Shown here piece after piece: positions 40,260 through 50,057 of a DNA stretch of 64,000 nucleotides (positions are counted from its first letter, which is position 1; each line of letters starts with the position of its first letter). The notes under the pieces were generated by a model. The model worked only from the letters and a program-made list of their open reading frames with translations, was not told where the DNA came from and searched no databases. Origin of the DNA: Candidatus Krumholzibacteriota bacterium (GTDB lineage Bacteria; Krumholzibacteriota; Krumholzibacteriia; JAJRXK01); contig CAVXTH010000009.1 of NCBI GenBank assembly GCA_963764625.1, positions 736,001 through 800,000 of the forward strand. The letters are read 5' to 3'. Made by a program: the position numbers and the translations under genes.

Positions 40260-41594
40260 ATGAATGCAGAAATACGAAAGACCGAAAGACGAGACGTCCG
40301 GCGCGTCATCGAAAACGTTCGCGTCGTGGATCCGTCCCGTGGACTCGACGATACCGGCCACCTCGTGTGCGAAGGGGGCCTGATTCTGGAGTGCGACGAG
40401 GGTCCGGCGCCCAGTGAGCTCGTCGGCAAGGGTACGGACACCATCGACGCCCGGGGCCTCCTGCTCACTCCGGGCCTGTGGGACGTGCACGTGCATTTCC
40501 GAGAGCCGGGACAGGAGGACAAGGAGACCATCGCCACCGGAAGCAGCGCGGCCGCCGCGGGCGGATTCACCGACGTGGTGACGATGCCCAATACCGTCCC
40601 GGTGGTGGATACCTCGGGTACGGTCACGTTCATTGTGAGGAAAGCCCAGGAGGCCGGACTCTGCAGCGTGCATCCCACCGGCGCCATCAGCGCGGGACTG
40701 AAGAGCGAGAGCATGGTGGAATACGGGGACCTCGTCGACGCGGGGGCGGTGGGATTCACCGACGACGGGCGGCCGGTGGAGGACGGGAGCCTGATGCGCC
40801 ACGCCATGGAGTACAGTCGGATCCTGGGAGTGCCCATCATTACGCACGCCGAGGACCTGAGCCTGTCGGCACACGGCGTGATGCACGAGGGTTCGTGGAG
40901 CACCAGACTCGGGCTGAGGGGGATTCCCTACGCGGCGGAGGTGGCCTGCATCGCACGCGATCTCGAACTGGCTCGTCTCACCGGAGCCCACCTGCACGTG
41001 GCCCACGTCAGCAGCCGTCGAGCAGTGAATCTCCTCCGCCGGGCCAAGGAAGAAGGAATCACGGTCACTGCGGAAACCGCTCCCCACTTTCTCGACCTGA
41101 CTGACGCGGACTGCGCCGAATACGATCCGCGCTTCAAGATGAATCCGCCTCTTCGGACTGTCGACGACCAGGAGGCTCTCGTCGAGGCTCTCCTGGACGG
41201 AACCCTGGATTGCATTGCCACCGACCACGCGCCCCACACCCCAAGCGAAAAGAACCGCCCCTTCGCCGAGGCGCCCTTTGGCGTGATCGGCCTGGAGACC
41301 TCCTTCGCGGTCAGCCACGACCGACTGGTGCGGCGCGGACCCATGGACATGGCCAAACTGGTGGAGTTGATGTCCACCGCCGGTGCGCGTATCATGGGAC
41401 TGTCCGGTGGCTCGCTGGCCCCGGGCAGTCGCAGCGACTTCACCCTGATCGACCCGGAAGAGACCTGGACTCCGCAAATCAAGGATCTGCGGAGCAAAGG
41501 GCGAAACTGTCCCTGGCTGGGACACAGCCTGACCGGCCGGGTGATCGCCACCCACCGGGGAACGGATTTCACCTACCGTCGTCAGAACGGGTGA
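40260..41594 (+). CDS. pyrC: Dihydroorotase
   Basis: DVHVHFREPG, MPNT, KMNPPLR, ATDHAPH. Confidence 0.96.
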   Translation: MNAEIRKTERRDVRRVIENVRVVDPSRGLDDTGHLVCEGGLILECDEGPAPSELVGKGTDTIDARGLLLTPGLWDVHVHFREPGQEDKETIATGSSAAAAGGFTDVVTMPNTVPVVDTSGTVTFIVRKAQEAGLCSVHPTGAISAGLKSESMVEYGDLVDAGAVGFTDDGRPVEDGSLMRHAMEYSRILGVPIITHAEDLSLSAHGVMHEGSWSTRLGLRGIPYAAEVACIARDLELARLTGAHLHVAHVSSRRAVNLLRRAKEEGITVTAETAPHFLDLTDADCAEYDPRFKMNPPLRTVDDQEALVEALLDGTLDCIATDHAPHTPSEKNRPFAEAPFGVIGLETSFAVSHDRLVRRGPMDMAKLVELMSTAGARIMGLSGGSLAPGSRSDFTLIDPEETWTPQIKDLRSKGRNCPWLGHSLTGRVIATHRGTDFTYRRQNG

Positions 41595-43212
41595 TTGGCA
41601 TTGCCTCTACTTCGAGGAAAGAGGAAGTTCCTCAGCACCGAAAGAGCAGGTGAAGCGCGCGGGATTTTGCTGCTGCGGTACCTGCTTCTCGCACTCGCGC
41701 TGAACGCTCTTTGCGGATGCGCCTACTACAATACTTTCTACAACGCGAAGGTGGCCTATTCCACGGCGGAGAAGCTGGGGAAGGACATCGACCGCAGCAA
41801 ACTTCCCACCTCTTCGCAGAGACCCAAGTACGAAACAGCCATCGCCAAGTGCGAGCAGATGCTCGACCTGTACCCGAACAGCAAATACGTCGACGATGCC
41901 CTCTTTCTGATCGGCAAGTGTGAGTTCCGGCTCACGGAGTACCGCAAGTCGATCCGCAATTTCGACAACGTTCTGAACAATTTCCCTCGCAGCAAATTCG
42001 CCGAGGAATCGCTGTACTTGAAGAGTATCGCGCACCTCCAACTCGGAGAGGAGCAAGTCGCCCTGGATACTCTGCGGCGACTCAGGGAGGGTTATCCCAA
42101 GAGCAAGTTCACGGCGGAATCGCTCTACCAACTGGGCGACACTTTCGCCGCGGACGAGAACTGGGACCAGGCGCTGAAATACTACCAGCAGTACCTGCAG
42201 AAATACCGCAAGGACAAAGAGCGCAAGCGGGTGCTTTTCGACTCCGCCAGCATCTACCATCGTCTGAAGCAAGACGATCAGGTCGAGGCCCTGCTCGAGG
42301 AATTCCAGAAGGACACGAAAAAGGAAGATCTGGAGCAGGTCGTGCGGGCCAAACTGCTCTTGGCCGAATCGCTCAATGATCTGGGGAAGAGCACGGAGGC
42401 CCTGAAAATCCTCAATTCGGTGGAAGAGCAGGCAGCAATCTTCGAGAAGCGAGCTGAAGTCCTCTTGCTCAAGGGCAAGATCCAGCTGGCTCTGGGAAAG
42501 GAGGCCGATGCCCTGACGGTGCTGGGTCAGGTGAACGCGGAGTTTCCCAAGACCGAGTACGAGACGCAGTCACACTATCTGGTGGCGCAGCATGCGATCG
42601 AAGCGAAGGGTCCCAACGAGCAGGTGATTCGGGATGAGCTCGCGACCGCGACCGAGCAGGGGCTCAAAGGGGATTATCTCGGATCCGGTAAAACGACTGC
42701 GGCTGGAGATCTCTCGGTACGACAAGCTCATGGCGAATCTGGAAAAGCCCGATAGCACTTCCTGGCGGGAGGCCTTCGCCCTCGGCCAACTCCTCTATCT
42801 CGATTTGGGCAAGCCCAAGCTGGCCCTGCAGTACTACCGGATGGTGCTCGACAACTATCCCGATTGCCCGGAAGCGCCCCGGGCCGCCTACGCGATCGGC
42901 TTCATCGAAGAGGATGTCCTGGGAGATGACGACGCCGCGCAAGCCGCGTACGCCCTCCTGGACGAACGCTACCCCGAGAGTCTGCAGGCGCGCGGGAGAG
43001 AGGGGGAGGAGTTCTTGAAGCCGAAACCGCACACTCTCAATTCACAAACCGTGTTGGCTCGCAACCGCGGTCTTCGGCAAGGGGGCCAGGGCCCTGGCTC
43101 GTCTGAGTTTTCTCCGGCCGCGGTGGCGAACCGGCCGGGCCTGAATCCACTCAGAGCCTTGCGCAGAGGAGGCCCGGGAGCCACGTCGCCGCGCGATCGA
43201 GCCCAGCGATGA
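41595..43212 (+). CDS. TPR-rich lipoprotein (SprE/PorW- or BamD-like); frameshift near 42680
   Basis: Lipobox LCGC followed by AYYNTFYNAK; YPNSKYVDDAL repeats; ORFs 41595..42755 and 42634..43212 join as GDYL-DPVKRL; start more likely TTG at 41667. Confidence 0.8.
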
Positions 43213-43979
43213 AGCGTGTTCTCTCTACCGCCACCGTCCTGCGCAGCCGCAGAGTCGCCGCCAAGACCTGGATTCTCGAACTCGCCTTCGAAGCCGAGAC
43301 ATCCTTTCGCGCGGGTCAATTCGTCATGGTGCAACCACGTACGCAAGGGTGCTTTCTGCCCCGACCGTTCTCGATTCTCGCACTTCGGGATGGCGTGTTG
43401 GAAATCCTGGTCAAGGAGCTGGGAAGAGGCAGTCGGGCTCTGGCGGAAAAGCGCCCGGGGTCTCCCCTGGAAGTTTTCGGTCCCTTGGGAAGGGCGTTTC
43501 CCTCAGAGCTCCTCTCCCGCAAGGCCCTGATTCTCGTGGCGGGCGGCGTGGGTATCGTGCCTCTGCGCTGTCTTCAACTCGAAGGCGCTGCTTCCAAGAC
43601 GACGCAGTGCGTGCCGCTCATGGGCGCCAGGCACTCCAGGGATCTGCCGCACGAGCTGCTGGATGGCTGGGAGCTGTGGGTGGAGGAGGACCCCCAAGGC
43701 ACAATGCGCAAGGGAGTCGTGACGCGTGGTCTCAAGGAGGCGCTGCGGCGGTTGCCCCAGGCGACGATCGCTTGCTGCGGGCCCACCGCCATGATGAAAG
43801 AGGTGGCGCGGATCGCCAGGGAGAAGGAGACTGAGACCTGGGTATGCCTCGAAGAGCAGATGGCCTGTGGCGCGGGCGTGTGCCGCTCCTGCGTAATTCC
43901 CGCCGCGGATGGCTCGCTAATGCGACCGGTCTGCAAGGAAGGGCCCGTGTTTTCCCTGAGTGAGATTCAGTATGGCTGA
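43209..43979 (+). CDS. pyrK: Dihydroorotate dehydrogenase electron transfer subunit
   Basis: GQFVM, RPFS, GPLG, GGVG, CGP, MACGAGVCRSC, VCKEGPVF. Confidence 0.93.
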   Translation: MKRVLSTATVLRSRRVAAKTWILELAFEAETSFRAGQFVMVQPRTQGCFLPRPFSILALRDGVLEILVKELGRGSRALAEKRPGSPLEVFGPLGRAFPSELLSRKALILVAGGVGIVPLRCLQLEGAASKTTQCVPLMGARHSRDLPHELLDGWELWVEEDPQGTMRKGVVTRGLKEALRRLPQATIACCGPTAMMKEVARIAREKETETWVCLEEQMACGAGVCRSCVIPAADGSLMRPVCKEGPVFSLSEIQYG

Positions 43980-44928
43980 TGCGCCTGCGCCAACGCCCAC
44001 CGATCCCGCCGAAGTCGACCTGAGGGTGCGCATCGGTCCGGTCGAGTTTCGCAATCCCATCTTCACCGCCTCGGGCACCTGGGGCTACGGTCTGGAATAC
44101 CTGGATCTGGTCGATCCCGCGCTTCTGGGCGGCGTGGTCACCAAGACGATCACAGTGAAGCCCCGTCTGGGGAATCCCCAGCCCCGCGTGCGGGAGTTGC
44201 CGACCGGAATGCTCAACTCGATCGGTCTGGAGAACGTGGGGCTAGAGGTTTTCCTCAAAGAAAAGTTGCCTCGTCTTCGGGAGCGTGGAGTCGGGGTGAT
44301 CGTCTCCCTTGCCGGCCGTGACGAGACCGAGTTCGGTGCGATGATCAACGAGCTGAGCCGCCATGAGGGTTGGGTGGGAATCGAATTGAATCTCTCGTGT
44401 CCCAACGTGACCGAGGGTGGACTCGATTTCGGAATCGACCCGAAAGCGATTCGGCGGATCAGCGAACTGGCCCGCAGCGAACTACCTCAGGACAAGTGTC
44501 TCTGGGCGAAGCTCACGCCGAACGACGCTCCCATCGAGTCTCTGGCTCGCGCGGCGAGCGATGGAGGCGCCCACGCCGTCACGTGCATCAACACCGTGGT
44601 GGGAATGAAGGTCGATCTTCAGACGCTTGCCCCCGTGTTCGCACGGGGAATCGCCGGGTACAGCGGCACCGGCATCAAGCCCATTGCCCTGGCGAAGGTC
44701 TGGCAGGTTGCGAAGTCTCTTGGGATCCCCGTGGTGGGAGTGGGCGGCATCGGCAGCATCGAGGACATTCTCGAGTTCTTCGTGGTGGGCGCCACCGCGG
44801 TCCAGGTGGGCACCGCGCTCTTTCCCCGACCGGACTTGGCGCATACTCTTCTTAGCAACTTGAAGAATGCTCTGGCGGCCCGGGGCGTCCGCAGTCCGAC
44901 GCAACTGCGTTGCGAGTCGCTGAACTAG
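43972..44928 (+). CDS. pyrD: Dihydroorotate dehydrogenase family 1B
   Basis: NPIFTASGT, NSIGLEN, ELNLSCPN, KLTPN, GVGGI, VQVGT. Confidence 0.95.
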   Translation: MADAPAPTPTDPAEVDLRVRIGPVEFRNPIFTASGTWGYGLEYLDLVDPALLGGVVTKTITVKPRLGNPQPRVRELPTGMLNSIGLENVGLEVFLKEKLPRLRERGVGVIVSLAGRDETEFGAMINELSRHEGWVGIELNLSCPNVTEGGLDFGIDPKAIRRISELARSELPQDKCLWAKLTPNDAPIESLARAASDGGAHAVTCINTVVGMKVDLQTLAPVFARGIAGYSGTGIKPIALAKVWQVAKSLGIPVVGVGGIGSIEDILEFFVVGATAVQVGTALFPRPDLAHTLLSNLKNALAARGVRSPTQLRCESLN

Positions 44929-44942
44929 CCGGGAGGTTTGCA

Positions 44943-45443
44943 GTGTCACGCTATTGGCCTTGGTTGCTGGTGATTCCGGCGGCCCTTTTCGTGCTCATTC
45001 GGGGCCTTTCTCCCGGCCGGCCCATCGAGTTGGAGAAGCAAGAACTTCTACGAAGACACCAGGAACTGTTGCAGTCGGTTCGCCAGGGCAATCTCGACGC
45101 GTGGTTGGCTCTGGAGACCGAAAACTTCGTAGAATGCACCGGGGAGGAAATCCAGCAGCTCAGCCCTTCACAGCGGCGCACCCAGCGCTCGCTCTGGCTC
45201 GGTACCGTCAAGCTCGAGCGCTATGAAGACGCTTCCGATCCCATCGTCGAGGTCGCGAACGATGGATCGCTGGCATGGTTGATCACGCGCGTGCGCGTGG
45301 TGGGAACGCGTGAGGGCGCCGACGGGGCCGAAACGAAACTCGATTCCGTCGAACCCTGGGTGGAGCTGTACCGCAAAGTTCAGGGAGAATGGAGGCTCAG
45401 CGGCCGACAGACCGGCCGCTGCCTCAATTCGCAAGCCCCCTAG
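44943..45443 (+). CDS. Membrane-anchored NTF2-like (DUF4440/SnoaL) protein
   Basis: N-terminal TM segment; DGSLAW, YRKVQGEWR pattern. Confidence 0.65.
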   Translation: MSRYWPWLLVIPAALFVLIRGLSPGRPIELEKQELLRRHQELLQSVRQGNLDAWLALETENFVECTGEEIQQLSPSQRRTQRSLWLGTVKLERYEDASDPIVEVANDGSLAWLITRVRVVGTREGADGAETKLDSVEPWVELYRKVQGEWRLSGRQTGRCLNSQAP

Positions 45444-45465
45444 GCACCAAGAACGTCGGGGAAAA

Positions 45466-46446
45466 CTATTTCTTTCGCGCGCCGAGGAGATGCTCAAAGG
45501 CATCCGTCAGTCCGGCGCGGAGGGCCGCTACTTCGGCCTCGGGCCACTCCGCGGGGTCCTGGCGGACGAAGGTCGTGAGATCTTTCCGGTTGTCGAAGCG
45601 AGCCAGAGGCAGATGAAAGACTCTCCCGCGGGTTTCGATGCGCACCGTATCGGGGCGATCGGTCTGCTGAAGCAGCCACTCGATGTCGTCGCAGCCGTAG
45701 TCACCCAGCATGACCTTGATGGGTACTCCGTGATTGAGAATCGAAGCGTCCCCGTCGCGGCCGGGCTTGGCCCGCTCTTCGTTCTTGCGGCGCGATTCCG
45801 CGGGCGAAACCCAAATGTAGAGAACGCTGGCGCTCTCGAGGATTTCGTCGCTCAACTGGGCGAATCCCCAAGCGTATCCGAAAGGGGCCGGCAGGGGCAT
45901 CGATGATCCGTCGGCGCCTCCGCGCGCGAATTCGATGACGATGGTCCTGCCGTCGAGGCTCTTGGGGATTCCGGCGAGCTTGTCGTTCAGAATCGCGGCG
46001 GCCTCGTCCTCCAGCGCTTCGATCAGTTCTTCGCGTACTGCGGGCGCCAGTTCGGCCAGCGCCGCTCGTGCGCCGACCGCGGCACGGCAGCGATCGAAGC
46101 GTTCGAAGAGCCATGCCGCCGCGGACTGGACCTCGATGCGGGGCGGCGCGTGAAGATCGCGGTAGTCTTCGTTGATCAGATGCATCAGCGTTCCCCAGTC
46201 CAGAGGCTCGCTGAACGGCTCCAGTTGTGAGGAGAAGAAGATGCCGTCGTGACCTCGCGCCGTCAGTTCCTCGGAAATACGGCGCATGGCATGAACATAG
46301 GGGTAGTCGTCCAGCTGCACCGTTTCCCCCAGGTGAAAATCCCGCGTGACCTCTTCGGGGCTCAGATGTTCCAGGTAGCGGCGGACTTCGGACTTGCCCG
46401 AGGCCGGGAGCGCGGTCAAAAGGAGCGTGGGCAGGAGCTTGGTCAT
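45466..46446 (-). CDS. Uncharacterised P-loop protein with NMP-kinase-like topology
   Basis: N-terminal ALPASGKS, IVIEFARG, LYIWVSPAESRRKN..R, FDN. Confidence 0.75.
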   Translation of the reverse strand: MTKLLPTLLLTALPASGKSEVRRYLEHLSPEEVTRDFHLGETVQLDDYPYVHAMRRISEELTARGHDGIFFSSQLEPFSEPLDWGTLMHLINEDYRDLHAPPRIEVQSAAAWLFERFDRCRAAVGARAALAELAPAVREELIEALEDEAAAILNDKLAGIPKSLDGRTIVIEFARGGADGSSMPLPAPFGYAWGFAQLSDEILESASVLYIWVSPAESRRKNEERAKPGRDGDASILNHGVPIKVMLGDYGCDDIEWLLQQTDRPDTVRIETRGRVFHLPLARFDNRKDLTTFVRQDPAEWPEAEVAALRAGLTDAFEHLLGARKK

Positions 46447-47522
46447 TCGAGGAACTCCTCTTCTTCAGAATCCTCCGATTCGTCTGCCAGGTCGTCAGAC
46501 TCGGCAAACTCGTGTTCCATCTCGCTCAGATTGGTCGCCAGCAAGAGCGCCCTGAGCTCGTCGTCGATTTCATCTTCGGGGGCTTCCGACTCGGCGAGAG
46601 CTTCGGACTCCCACGGTTCGTCCATCTGAGAAAGTCCCCGCTCCAAGAGTTCTGCCACCGCTTCGCCCACCTCGATCGATTCGGTGGACTTCCCTTCCAC
46701 GCCCTCTCGGATGAGGCGATACCCGTCGGTGTCGGCGACCATTCCCAAGAGAAGGAGACGCCTTCCCTTACACTGCGCGAGCGCGGCGACCGGGGAGTCC
46801 CATTCGCAGCCCAGGGCATCCATCAACGAGCGCTCGGCTGCGTACTCCCGCGCGGTCGGCAGGTGATGCACGCACGAGAGCCGTTCCCGCGTCAGCTTGT
46901 CCTCACGCCGGACGACACAGACCAGAATTCCCGAGCAGGGGGCCGGAATCACCAGGTCGGCGGGAAAGATCTCACTCACACGTTCCTGAAGGCCCAGCTG
47001 TTCGATGGCCGCGTTGGGCATGACCAGTGCTTCGATCTTGTGATCCAGAAGATCGGCCAGCCAGGTCGCCACGTCTCCGGACATGAGTGTCCAGTCCAGA
47101 TCGTGTCGGTACTGGAGCATCTGCACGCGGGCCCTCAGCTGCACGACGCCCACCGAAGTGCCCGCGTCCAATTCGTCGAGGGTGATTCCGCAGGGCGAAA
47201 GGAGCGCGTCGTAAGGCGAGCAACGCCGGGGGATCGCCGCAATGGCGAGATCCGGTGGAAGCTTGTCGCGCAGATCGAAGCCTCGATGGATCACGAGGTC
47301 GCAGTCGCCATCCCGCAGGATCTGGTGCAGAACCTGAATACTGCGCCGGTTCTCCGCGATGTGGTCCACATGTACCGCGATGGGACGATCCTGCGAGGGA
47401 CGCACGAGTTCGAGATGCACGGGATACGACGGCACGAATTCCCGCAGCTGTTTCAAGAACAGCTCGGCTTGGGCTCTGGCGAGACCATCCTCTCTCGTTC
47501 CAATGGTGAGTGGTTGAACCAT
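46443..47522 (-). CDS. Hydroxymethylbilane synthase (HemC)-fold protein, catalytically degenerate
   Basis: IGTR..LA.AQ, DLVIH, DALL, AER..L..P align to HemC, but the cofactor Cys and several Arg are lost; acidic tail. Confidence 0.8.
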   Translation of the reverse strand: MVQPLTIGTREDGLARAQAELFLKQLREFVPSYPVHLELVRPSQDRPIAVHVDHIAENRRSIQVLHQILRDGDCDLVIHRGFDLRDKLPPDLAIAAIPRRCSPYDALLSPCGITLDELDAGTSVGVVQLRARVQMLQYRHDLDWTLMSGDVATWLADLLDHKIEALVMPNAAIEQLGLQERVSEIFPADLVIPAPCSGILVCVVRREDKLTRERLSCVHHLPTAREYAAERSLMDALGCEWDSPVAALAQCKGRRLLLLGMVADTDGYRLIREGVEGKSTESIEVGEAVAELLERGLSQMDEPWESEALAESEAPEDEIDDELRALLLATNLSEMEHEFAESDDLADESEDSEEEEFLE

Positions 47523-47525
47523 GGA

Positions 47526-48620
47526 TCAGGCGGCTTTGTCATGCGAAACGGCGTCGATGCGCCGACTCTTTGCGCTCGATTCGTCCGAACGCGGGAATAC
47601 GTGTGGGAGCACGATCCACACCAGCAAAAAGGTGGCAAGGAGGAGCGCAGTTGTAAAGAAAAGAGCGTGATGGCCGAGAATCACGGTCACTCCGGTGACT
47701 GCGCCCAGGAGGGTGAGCGCGCTCAAACTCAGCCCCGCGCTCTTGGGAGAGAGACCGGCGTCGAGCAGGCGGTGGTGAAGGTGCCCCAGGTCGCCACGGA
47801 AAATGCTGCTGCGTCGCGCCCAGCGACGCAAAACGGCGTAGCCCGTATCCAGCACCGGCACCCAGGAAATGAGGAGAAGGCCGAGCAGTGTACGGAGTGA
47901 AGGCTGGGCCCAGAAGATCGCCGCCCCCACGCCAGCGAGGACGAAACCGGTGAACATCGAGCCGGTATCCCCCATGATGATGCTGGCGGGCGGAGCGTTC
48001 TTGCGCAAGAACGCGAAGCTCGCTCCAGAAACTACCGCCGCGACCAGAGCAGCCAGCGGCAAGTGGAGCAGCAGGGCCACAACCGCCATCGCGAAACCGA
48101 TCACCGCCGCGATCGAAGCCGCCAGGCCGTCCAGCCCATCGATGAGATTCATGGCATTGCTCAGGCCCAACATCCAGAGCAAGAGCATGAGCGACACGAG
48201 GATGTGTAGCCAGAGACTCGAGGCAACTTGCAGTCCCAAGACATCCATGTGGATCTGTAAGACACCCACCGCCACCGCTTGGGTAATCAACTTCTTCCAG
48301 GGGAGACTCTCCTGCAGGTCGTCGATCAATCCCAGAATGACCACGAGTCCTCCGGCAAGGATCACTCCGCTGAGAAAGCGCGACGCGCTCGGACTTCTCA
48401 GGGCCCCAAAAGCGAAGGAGGAGATCAGCAGGGTCAAAACGACTGCTCCGTAGATCGCGAGTCCGCCGATGCGCGGTCTCATTTCCGGCTCCAATTCGGA
48501 TCGACGAGGGGCTGAGTTTCTGAGTCCGTCGAGGATCGCCAGTCGGGCGACGAGGGGAGTGAGACCGAGGCACAACAGGCACGCGAGACTGAACCCGAAG
48601 ATGGCCGACAGGATGGACAT
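47526..48620 (-). CDS. Undecaprenyl-phosphate GlcNAc-1-phosphate transferase (WecA/TagO family)
   Basis: PRIGGLAI, GLIDD, NAMNLIDGLDGLA, MGDTGS, HLHHRL. Confidence 0.92.
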   Translation of the reverse strand: MSILSAIFGFSLACLLCLGLTPLVARLAILDGLRNSAPRRSELEPEMRPRIGGLAIYGAVVLTLLISSFAFGALRSPSASRFLSGVILAGGLVVILGLIDDLQESLPWKKLITQAVAVGVLQIHMDVLGLQVASSLWLHILVSLMLLLWMLGLSNAMNLIDGLDGLAASIAAVIGFAMAVVALLLHLPLAALVAAVVSGASFAFLRKNAPPASIIMGDTGSMFTGFVLAGVGAAIFWAQPSLRTLLGLLLISWVPVLDTGYAVLRRWARRSSIFRGDLGHLHHRLLDAGLSPKSAGLSLSALTLLGAVTGVTVILGHHALFFTTALLLATFLLVWIVLPHVFPRSDESSAKSRRIDAVSHDKAA

Positions 48621-48784
48621 GTTCGCGCTTCTCCGAAGCGAGGGAGGCAAGGCGCAAGAGCGGCGAATCACGCGGCTGCCTTCCGTTTACCGTCCCGGGG
48701 GAGGCAGGTCAAGAATTATCGGCGGCGTCGGGCTTCAGTACGCGGCCCTTCGAGCTCGCGGCCGCGGGTAAAAGGAGAAAGTGG

Positions 48785-50047
48785 TCAGCCCGGCGCAGCG
48801 GGCCACACCAGGAGTCTCGCTACGATCCACAATCCGCCCACGGTGAGCGGGAGCAGGCTCGCGATCGTGGCCAGGATCGCTCCCTGCGCGCCCAGGGGTG
48901 GAATGAGGAGGAAATTGGCCACCACGTTCAGGAGCGCGGTCAGGACCATGAGCCGGGCATAGGTGGTCTGACGATCCGTGGCGAGAAGGGCGGGAAAGAT
49001 CACGGTGCCGATTCCTCGCATCACGAGGATGGGCACCATGATCCTCAGCAGAGGTCCAGAGGCCGAAAAGTCGCGCGTGAAGAGCCGGACCAGAATGGGT
49101 GGGCCCAGCCAGTAGAGCAGCATTCCCCCCACGACCGCGTACACCGAGGACCACGACAGCGCTTCCAGCAGCCGCGCACGGGCCTCGGGAAGCAGGTTCT
49201 TTTTCACCGCGCTCACGAGCGCGGGGCGTAGAGTCCAGGCAATGGCGAAGGTGGGAAACAGCGCTGCGTCCAGAATGGTGCGCGCCACGCCGAAGTCTCC
49301 CGCGGTCGCCGCGTTACGCAACCATCCCACCATGAGCTTGTCCGTCTGTGCATAGATCAGAAAGGACGCCGAAGACAGGGCCAGAGGAGCGCTCACCCTC
49401 ATGACGCGCTTGCGGGCGAAAGACCGCTCGTCGGAGGTGGAGTGGGAGGGAAAGCGGCGCAGGATGTAGGTCCAAGCGATCGATGAGGTCAAGAGCTGCG
49501 AGAGAACGTGGGCGGTGAGAAAAGCCACCACCCCCCACGCGGCCGAGCGCACGATGAGCACCGCCGCGACGCGCAGCACCAAAAAGCAGAGGCGGACCAG
49601 GAAGATGGCCGGAAAGCGGCCCAGTCCCACCAGAGATTCGCTCGCGAGCTCATAGCTCGAAGCCGCCAGGAGCACCGGCGCCACCATCCAGAACGGCGCG
49701 ACCAGAGCGGGTCCGTCGATGGCTTTGGCGAGGAAGGGGGAGATCACCAGCGCGAGCAGCGCGGTGGGAACAGTGAACAAGCTCCGCACCGCAATGCCGG
49801 CCCTGATCCACACCCCGGGATCTTCCTGGTTCTCGGTGATCAGGCGGCTGGCGGCGGCCTGGACTCCGAACTTCGCCACGATGAGGAGAACTGTGGCCGC
49901 CGACATGACCAGGATATACTGCCCGGTCGTCTCCCGGCCCAGATAGGGGAAGAGGAGAACCGAAACCAGGAAGGACGCCACGAGCGGAAGCACGGCCGAA
50001 CTCAGGTTCCAGGCCATGCCACGAGCGAAACCGCTGCCAGCCCTCAT
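48785..50047 (-). CDS. Polysaccharide flippase (Wzx/PST family)
   Basis: About 12 TM segments; TDKLMVG, LNVVANFLLIPPLGAQGA; start placed just after the ugd stop. Confidence 0.88.
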   Translation of the reverse strand: MRAGSGFARGMAWNLSSAVLPLVASFLVSVLLFPYLGRETTGQYILVMSAATVLLIVAKFGVQAAASRLITENQEDPGVWIRAGIAVRSLFTVPTALLALVISPFLAKAIDGPALVAPFWMVAPVLLAASSYELASESLVGLGRFPAIFLVRLCFLVLRVAAVLIVRSAAWGVVAFLTAHVLSQLLTSSIAWTYILRRFPSHSTSDERSFARKRVMRVSAPLALSSASFLIYAQTDKLMVGWLRNAATAGDFGVARTILDAALFPTFAIAWTLRPALVSAVKKNLLPEARARLLEALSWSSVYAVVGGMLLYWLGPPILVRLFTRDFSASGPLLRIMVPILVMRGIGTVIFPALLATDRQTTYARLMVLTALLNVVANFLLIPPLGAQGAILATIASLLPLTVGGLWIVARLLVWPAAPG

Positions 50048-50057
50048 CTCCACGGAA

